64,000 nt of DNA from an uncultured Gemmatimonadaceae bacterium (GTDB lineage Bacteria > Gemmatimonadota > Gemmatimonadetes > Gemmatimonadales > Gemmatimonadaceae): NCBI GenBank assembly GCA_963781585.1, contig CAWAGQ010000007.1:386253-450252 (forward strand), given 5' to 3'. The position numbers and the translations under genes were made by a program. The notes below the pieces were generated by a model. That model was not told the origin of the DNA and ran no database searches. It saw only the letters and a list, made by a program, of their open reading frames with translations. Positions 58,799 to 64,000 of the stretch are shown piece by piece. The stretch's first letter is position 1, and each line of letters begins with the position of its first letter.

Positions 58799-59269
58799 GT
58801 GGCGATACGCGACACGACGGAGCCGATCAGCGGGCCTCGAGCCTGGGCCCCGAGCTTCGGTGAGTACCTGCTCGGCGGCCTGCTGGTCCTCATGGCGGCG
58901 ATCGCGCTGCTGGTGGTCTTTCTCTACTGGCTGCCACCGGAACAGCTCCAGCTCCCCGAGCTGCAACCGGCGTTGCGTGTCGGGTCCGTCGGCTCATTCC
59001 CGGTGGGCGCCGGACGCAGCGTGCGCTGGGGCGATCAGGTGATCCTCGTCGTGCGACCGGACACGGGCCGGTTTACCGCGCTCGAGGGCGTCGCCTCGAC
59101 CGATGGGTGCCTCCTCGAGTGGTCGCCGACGGCCCTCCGCATCGAATCGCCGTGCAGCTACATCGTCTACGACCTGCACGGCAACGTCGTGCGTGGGCTC
59201 ACCACCGTGCCGCTCAGACGCTACCCAACGTTCGTGCGTGACGACGTCCTCTACGTCGGGAGGCCATGA
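58799..59269 (+). CDS. Membrane-anchored Rieske-fold protein lacking the [2Fe-2S] ligands
   Basis: An N-terminal TM segment (YLLGGLLVLMAAIALLVVFLYWL) is present. The C-terminal segment RFTALEGVASTDGCLLEW....IESPCSYIVYDLHGNVVRG..TVPLRRYP..V..DVLYVG aligns by eye with Rieske box I (C-x-H-x-G-C) and box II (C-x-C-H-G-S-x-[YF]-D..G....GP). It lies immediately upstream of cytochrome b. Confidence 0.6.
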   Translation: MAIRDTTEPISGPRAWAPSFGEYLLGGLLVLMAAIALLVVFLYWLPPEQLQLPELQPALRVGSVGSFPVGAGRSVRWGDQVILVVRPDTGRFTALEGVASTDGCLLEWSPTALRIESPCSYIVYDLHGNVVRGLTTVPLRRYPTFVRDDVLYVGRP

Positions 59270-59270
59270 C

Positions 59271-60515
59271 ATGTCGACCTCCGCAGGTGGGCGTGGGCCT
59301 TCGTGGACGCAACGCCTGTGGGCCGACGTCGCCGCGAGCACCGATGCGAGCGTGCTCGCTGTTCTCCGCTTCCTCGGCCTCCTTTACGGCCCCATCGACA
59401 CCAGGCTTCCGATTGATCAGGCCTTCCGCAAGGCATTGCACAATCGTGTCCCACGTCACGTCAGCTGGCGCCACGCCTTCGGCGGCATCACCTATCTCCT
59501 CTTCGTAATCCTCGTTGGCACAGGGGTCCTGCTCTCGCTCTACTACCGCCCGTCGGCCCAGGAAGCGTACCAGAGCGTACAGCATATCGTCTCGGGGATC
59601 TCGTTCGGCTGGCTGATGCGCGATCTCCACAGCTGGAGCGCCAACCTCGTTGTTCTCGCGGCGCTCGTGCACATGGCGCGCGTGTTCTTCAGCGGCGCCT
59701 ACAAGCCGCCGCGCGAGACGAACTGGCTGGTCGGCCTGCTGCTGTTGTTCGTGATCTTCGCGTTCGGCGCCACCGGCTACCTGCTTCCCTGGGACCAGTG
59801 GGCCTACTGGACGACCACGCAGGGTCTCCTGGTCGTCGGCCATCTCCCGGTCATCGGCGGCTGGGCGACCAGCGTGCTGCGCGGCGATCCACTCGTTTCC
59901 GGAGCGACGCTGAGCCGCTTCTTCGCGCTGCACGTGATCGTGCTGCCGTGGATCGCACTCGGCCTGCTCGTGCTGCACTTCCAACTGCTTCGCAAGCACG
60001 GCGTCGCCGGGCCGCACGACGAGGACAGGCTCGTCGTGTCGCCGAGCGATTCCAGCACACGGGACGGTGTGCCGTTTTTCCCCGTCCATCTCCTCCGCTC
60101 AATCAGCGTCGCCGTGCTCGTCGTCGCGGTCGCGGTCACCGCCGCTGTACTGCATCCGCGCGATGTGGCGCCGCCGGCCGACGCGAGCCATCCGCCCGCT
60201 GAGCTGTACGCCACGTGGGTCGTCGCGGATGTCTCGCGCGCGCTCTTCTACTACCTCGGCCCGTGGGGCTTCGGCGCCTTCCTGCTCCTTGGCATCGTGC
60301 TGATGACGCTGCCGCTGTTCGATCGGGCCCCCGAACGGCGCTTGCGCCGCCGTCCGCTCGTCGCAGGACTCGGCATCGCATTCTTCCTCGGGTTCGCGGT
60401 GGCGTGGGGCGCAGGATGGCGTCTGCGGACGGCGCCGAGCTCCGGCGAGCTCGGGTCTCTGGTCCTTCCCGCGGGCCCCGTGGATTCGCTGCCCACCGCT
60501 CGCACACCGAAATGA
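59271..60515 (+). CDS. Cytochrome b (long, b6 plus subunit IV-like fusion)
   Basis: ATG at 59271 lies 2 nt after the previous stop. The helix B His pair is LHSWSANLVVLAALVHMARVF (13 residues between). It has GYLLPWDQ and a helix D His pair FFALHVIVLPWIALGLLVLHF (14 residues between). Length is 414 aa. Confidence 0.9.
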   Translation: MSTSAGGRGPSWTQRLWADVAASTDASVLAVLRFLGLLYGPIDTRLPIDQAFRKALHNRVPRHVSWRHAFGGITYLLFVILVGTGVLLSLYYRPSAQEAYQSVQHIVSGISFGWLMRDLHSWSANLVVLAALVHMARVFFSGAYKPPRETNWLVGLLLLFVIFAFGATGYLLPWDQWAYWTTTQGLLVVGHLPVIGGWATSVLRGDPLVSGATLSRFFALHVIVLPWIALGLLVLHFQLLRKHGVAGPHDEDRLVVSPSDSSTRDGVPFFPVHLLRSISVAVLVVAVAVTAAVLHPRDVAPPADASHPPAELYATWVVADVSRALFYYLGPWGFGAFLLLGIVLMTLPLFDRAPERRLRRRPLVAGLGIAFFLGFAVAWGAGWRLRTAPSSGELGSLVLPAGPVDSLPTARTPK

Positions 60516-61765
60516 GCCGCCCCACGACGCTCGGCCCCCTGCTGCTCGCGAGCGCCATCGCACTCGGCCTCGCGGTGCAATCGAGCGCGCTCACCGCGCA
60601 GCAGTCCCCCACGTCCGCGCCGAATCGCTGCCTCACCTGCCATGCCGCAGAGCGCGAGGCCGCGACGGTCGGCGTGCACTCCGACAACGGCGTGCAGTGC
60701 GTCGAATGCCACGGCGGCAACGCCGCGGCGTCCCAGCTTCCCGCGGCCCACGGCAACGGCTTTACGGGGCACCTCGACAAGATCGCGACGGCGCGGCTCT
60801 GCGGGTCGTGCCACTCCGATCCGAACAAGATGCGCGAGTACGGCCTGAACACCGCCGAACTCGCGGAGTATCGCACCAGCCGGCATGGGCAGCTCCTGTT
60901 CGACCGGCACGATGCGAACGCGCCGACGTGCACCGACTGCCATGGCACGCACGTCATCTATCCGCCCTACGATGCGCGCAGCAAGGTGTACCCGACGAAC
61001 ATCCCCGGCACTTGCGCGCACTGTCATGCCGACGCGAAGCTGATGGCGAAGTACCAGATCCGCACGGACCAGCTCGAGCAGTTCACCGCCAGCGCCCACG
61101 GCCTGGCGCTTTTCCAGAAGCGGGATTTCGCGGCGCCGACGTGCGTGTCCTGTCATGGCGCGCATTCCGCGCTCCCGCCTACGCATACCCAGGTGGCGAG
61201 CGTGTGTGGAAACTGTCATCAGCTCGTGGCGACCGCGTTCAATACGGGGCCGCATGGCGCCGCCACGCGGTCGGGACGGCTCAAGGGCTGCCTCGGCTGC
61301 CACACCAACCACGGTACGCAGCGCGTGGCCGACGACAGCATCGCGCGTACGTGCGATCGCTGCCACGCGGGCGACTCGCGACTGCACCAGACCGCGGTCG
61401 ATCTCCAGCACCGGATGACCCAGGCGACGCTCGACCTGCGGTCGGCGCGCCGTGCCGTCGACCGCCTGACGGTAACCGGCCACCCTGCGACCGACGCGCG
61501 GTTCCGGTATCAATCCACGCTGACCGACTACCTGCAGATTGCGCAGATACAGCACGGGCTCGACCTCGACGGAGTGGAGCGGCTCGAGGGGCGCGTGAGC
61601 GCCGGCTCGATCGAGCTCGATCGCATGGCGACGGCGAGTGAGGAATCGCGCTGGGAACACAAGCTTATCCTCCTGCCCGTCTGGTTCCTGTCGCTCTCCG
61701 CCGTCGCGCTCGCGTGGCTTGCGCTGCGGTCGCTGCGCAGCGACACGCGGGACGCAGAGTCGTAG
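60512..61765 (+). CDS. Nonaheme c-type cytochrome with C-terminal membrane anchor
   Basis: ATGA overlap with cytochrome b. It has a signal peptide and nine CxxCH motifs (CLTCH, CVECH, CGSCH, CTDCH, CAHCH, CVSCH, CGNCH, CLGCH, CDRCH). The C-terminal TM segment is LILLPVWFLSLSAVALAWLAL. Confidence 0.9.
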   Translation: MSRPTTLGPLLLASAIALGLAVQSSALTAQQSPTSAPNRCLTCHAAEREAATVGVHSDNGVQCVECHGGNAAASQLPAAHGNGFTGHLDKIATARLCGSCHSDPNKMREYGLNTAELAEYRTSRHGQLLFDRHDANAPTCTDCHGTHVIYPPYDARSKVYPTNIPGTCAHCHADAKLMAKYQIRTDQLEQFTASAHGLALFQKRDFAAPTCVSCHGAHSALPPTHTQVASVCGNCHQLVATAFNTGPHGAATRSGRLKGCLGCHTNHGTQRVADDSIARTCDRCHAGDSRLHQTAVDLQHRMTQATLDLRSARRAVDRLTVTGHPATDARFRYQSTLTDYLQIAQIQHGLDLDGVERLEGRVSAGSIELDRMATASEESRWEHKLILLPVWFLSLSAVALAWLALRSLRSDTRDAES

Positions 61766-61768
61766 GAC

Positions 61769-63823
61769 ATGTCACCGACGGCCCGCCGCCGGCTCTCGCG
61801 CACCGCGAAGGTCGCGGTGCCAATCGCCATCCTCGGCATCGTTCTGCTCGTTGTCGGGACGGCGGGCTTCGTAGAAGTCTCGAGCCAGCCGTGGTTCTGC
61901 GGCAGTTGCCACATCATGCAGCCGTACCACGCGTCCTGGGAGAAGTCGACGCACCGCGACGTGCCGTGCATCAAGTGCCACATCGCACCCGGCATCAAAG
62001 CCGAGGCGATGACCAAGATCCAGGCCGCCAACATGGTGGTGAAGGACCTCACCGGGGCGGTGAACGGGCGTCCGTGGGCCAAGATCGAGGACGCGTCGTG
62101 CCTGCGTTCGGGCTGCCACTCGACACGGCTCATCCAGGGAGAGGTCGAGTACAAGGGCGTACGCTTCGACCACGCGGCGCACCTCGGCCAGGTCCGCCGC
62201 GGCATCCAGCTTCATTGCACGAGTTGTCATTCGCAGATCGTGCAGGGCTCGCACATCGCGGTCACCGAGGGCACCTGCGTGCTCTGCCACTTCAAGGGAC
62301 GTCCGGTCGACAAGCCGGTGGCGACGTGCACTGGCTGTCACCCGTCGCCGCCGCGCGTGACGTCAAAAGAAGGGTTTGTCGTCGACCATCCGTCGTTCGT
62401 GAAGGACAGGATCGACTGTCTGTCGTGCCACAGCGAGGTGACGCAGGGCGCGGGCGAGGCCGACCCCGAGCGGTGCGTGAGCTGCCACAACGAGCCGCAG
62501 AAGCTGGCGCAGATGAACGATGCGTCGATGCTGCACCGCGTGCACGTGGGCCAGGAAACCATCGCGTGCGTGCAGTGCCACACCACGATGCAGCACCGCA
62601 TCGTGGCGCTCACCACCACGCCGCAGCTCGATTGCAAGGCGTGTCACAGCAACGTGCACCTCGCCCAGCAGAAGCTCTACGCCGGGGTGGGCGGGTATCT
62701 GTCGCGGCTGCAAGCCGGCACGTCCACCGAGCTGGAAGCGGCGCACGCGGCGACGATACCCAGCTCCATGTTCCAGGCACGCGTCTCGTGCGTTGGGTGT
62801 CACAACGACGCGTCACGCTTGCCCGGCCACGACACCGTGCAGGTCGCCAACGGCGCATCCTGCATGTCGTGCCACGGCGTGCGCTACGCGAACGTGCTCC
62901 CGAGCTGGCAGCGAGGCATGGAGCGCAAGGTGGCGCTCGTCGATCCGGTCGTGCAGGATGCGATGGCGGCTGCCAGGTCGCTGCCGGTGGGCCGACGGGC
63001 GCGCGCCGACAGCCTGCTGGGTCAGGCCGCCGACAATGTTGCGCTCGTGCGTGCCGGCAAGGGCGTGCACAACATCATCTACGCCGATCAGCTGCTCCGC
63101 AGTGCACTCGATCTCGTGCGGCAGGCGACGAGGGACGCGCAGGTCCCGTATCGCGCGCCAGGCGTGGATCTCGGACCGCCGGTGACCGAGAACCAGTGCC
63201 TCCAGTGCCACATGGGCGTCGAGGCGCAGCAGGCCCCGTTTGCCGACCGCACGTTCAGCCACGAGCCGCACGTGGTCCGGGCTGGACTCCAGTGCGGCAT
63301 GTGTCACACGTCATTCGCGAACCATGGCGGCACGCTGCTCACGTCCGCGGCGAGCTGCGACAACTGTCATCACAACCCGGTACCGTCGCCGACGCGCAAC
63401 TGCGCGCAGTGCCACCCGGGCCCGGGCGGGGCGCCGACCGACACGCTGCGTCGCTCGCAAGGCGATTTTACGCACGCGCGGCACGTCGCGGCGAATGTGC
63501 AGTGTGCCGCGTGCCACGAAGCGCCGACGATGACGGCCAAGGCGCTCAATTGCGATGGATGTCACGCGCAGCACCATCAAGTGCAGGACGCGTGTCTCTC
63601 CTGTCATCGCGGGGGCGCGCTCGCGAAGCACAGTCTCTCGACGGCGCACGCAGCCTGCTCCGGGTGCCACAAGACGGTGCCGGCGATCAACCAGTGGACG
63701 CGGCAGGTGTGCACAGCGTGCCACGCGGCACAGACCACGCACAAGCCCGGCGGCGCGTGCGAAACGTGCCACCGTGTGCCGCCCATGGCCGCGGCCGCCA
63801 GACGCCCGGGCAACCTGCATTAG
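61769..63823 (+). CDS. Large multiheme c-type cytochrome (21 CxxCH plus one CX4CH) with NapC/NrfH-like N-terminus
   Basis: An N-terminal TM anchor is followed by WFCGSCHIMQPYHASWEKSTHRDVPCIKCH, which is NapC/NirT/NrfH-like. I counted 21 CxxCH motifs and one CLRSGCH. Length is 684 aa. Confidence 0.9.
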   Translation: MSPTARRRLSRTAKVAVPIAILGIVLLVVGTAGFVEVSSQPWFCGSCHIMQPYHASWEKSTHRDVPCIKCHIAPGIKAEAMTKIQAANMVVKDLTGAVNGRPWAKIEDASCLRSGCHSTRLIQGEVEYKGVRFDHAAHLGQVRRGIQLHCTSCHSQIVQGSHIAVTEGTCVLCHFKGRPVDKPVATCTGCHPSPPRVTSKEGFVVDHPSFVKDRIDCLSCHSEVTQGAGEADPERCVSCHNEPQKLAQMNDASMLHRVHVGQETIACVQCHTTMQHRIVALTTTPQLDCKACHSNVHLAQQKLYAGVGGYLSRLQAGTSTELEAAHAATIPSSMFQARVSCVGCHNDASRLPGHDTVQVANGASCMSCHGVRYANVLPSWQRGMERKVALVDPVVQDAMAAARSLPVGRRARADSLLGQAADNVALVRAGKGVHNIIYADQLLRSALDLVRQATRDAQVPYRAPGVDLGPPVTENQCLQCHMGVEAQQAPFADRTFSHEPHVVRAGLQCGMCHTSFANHGGTLLTSAASCDNCHHNPVPSPTRNCAQCHPGPGGAPTDTLRRSQGDFTHARHVAANVQCAACHEAPTMTAKALNCDGCHAQHHQVQDACLSCHRGGALAKHSLSTAHAACSGCHKTVPAINQWTRQVCTACHAAQTTHKPGGACETCHRVPPMAAAARRPGNLH

Positions 63824-63915
63824 CGAACGCGCGAGCCGGGAGTGCAGGCGCCGGTCAGAGATCGCCGGCGGAGTTCGAGGACGAGATCCCCCGAAGAGGC
63901 CTGAACGGCCGACCC

Positions 63916-64000
63916 TCAGCGAATTCCGAGAATCTTCTTCTGCAGCTCGGCCGGGGTGCTCTGCATGTGGCAGGTGGAGCACTCGCGGCCGCGCATGTGA
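63916..64000 (-). CDS. 3' end of a c-type cytochrome gene (partial; continues beyond the window)
   Basis: The minus-strand frame reads ..HMRGRECSTCHMQSTPAELQKKILGIR*, containing a CSTCH heme motif. Only 28 codons are visible. Confidence 0.4.
   Translation of the reverse strand, partial: HMRGRECSTCHMQSTPAELQKKILGIR

Overview
High-GC bacterial chromosomal segment. Gene content (ADOP-type duplicated permease, Ser/Thr kinase and PD40 beta-propeller genes, Sec-type nosZ) suggests a Gemmatimonadota- or Acidobacteriota-like soil organism; this is inference only. No rRNA or tRNA gene was seen. Layout: (1) 1-0.98 kb: a toxin-antitoxin-like pair and a gene remnant. (2) 0.98-15.4 kb: a complete type I CRISPR-Cas locus (cas6-cas3-cas8-cas7-cas5-cas4/cas1 fusion-cas2) and a CRISPR array in which I counted 78 copies of a 36-bp repeat. 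(3) 15.5-24.2 kb: Ser/Thr kinase, two PD40 propeller proteins and a sigma-54 two-component pair. (4) 24.3-39.4 kb: a decay-rich accessory stretch holding a broken TonB-dependent receptor, several short gene remnants, two DinB genes, cupin, VOC, methyltransferase, two toxin-antitoxin pairs, an IntI-like integrase remnant and an attC-like site that delimits a vapBC cassette. (5) 39.5-47.9 kb: gdhA, a frameshifted receiver/PEP-utilising gene, a cNMP-binding histidine kinase and an ADOP permease. (6) 48.1-54.4 kb, minus strand: a compact Sec-type (clade II-like) nitrous oxide reductase cluster (cytochrome c-nosZ-nosD-nosF-nosY-unknown membrane protein). (7) 54.6-58.6 kb: a tandemly duplicated secreted protein, more gene remnants, a cupin and an amidohydrolase. 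(8) 58.8-63.8 kb: an operon of a Rieske-fold protein lacking all four cluster ligands, a cytochrome b, a 9-heme cytochrome c and a 21-heme cytochrome c. The candidates I consider most worth follow-up are the integron-like cassette structure, the ligand-less Rieske/cytochrome b/multiheme operon, the unassigned membrane protein ending the nos operon, and a possible internally translated Cas11 within cas8. All family assignments come from motif reading by eye; no database search was run.
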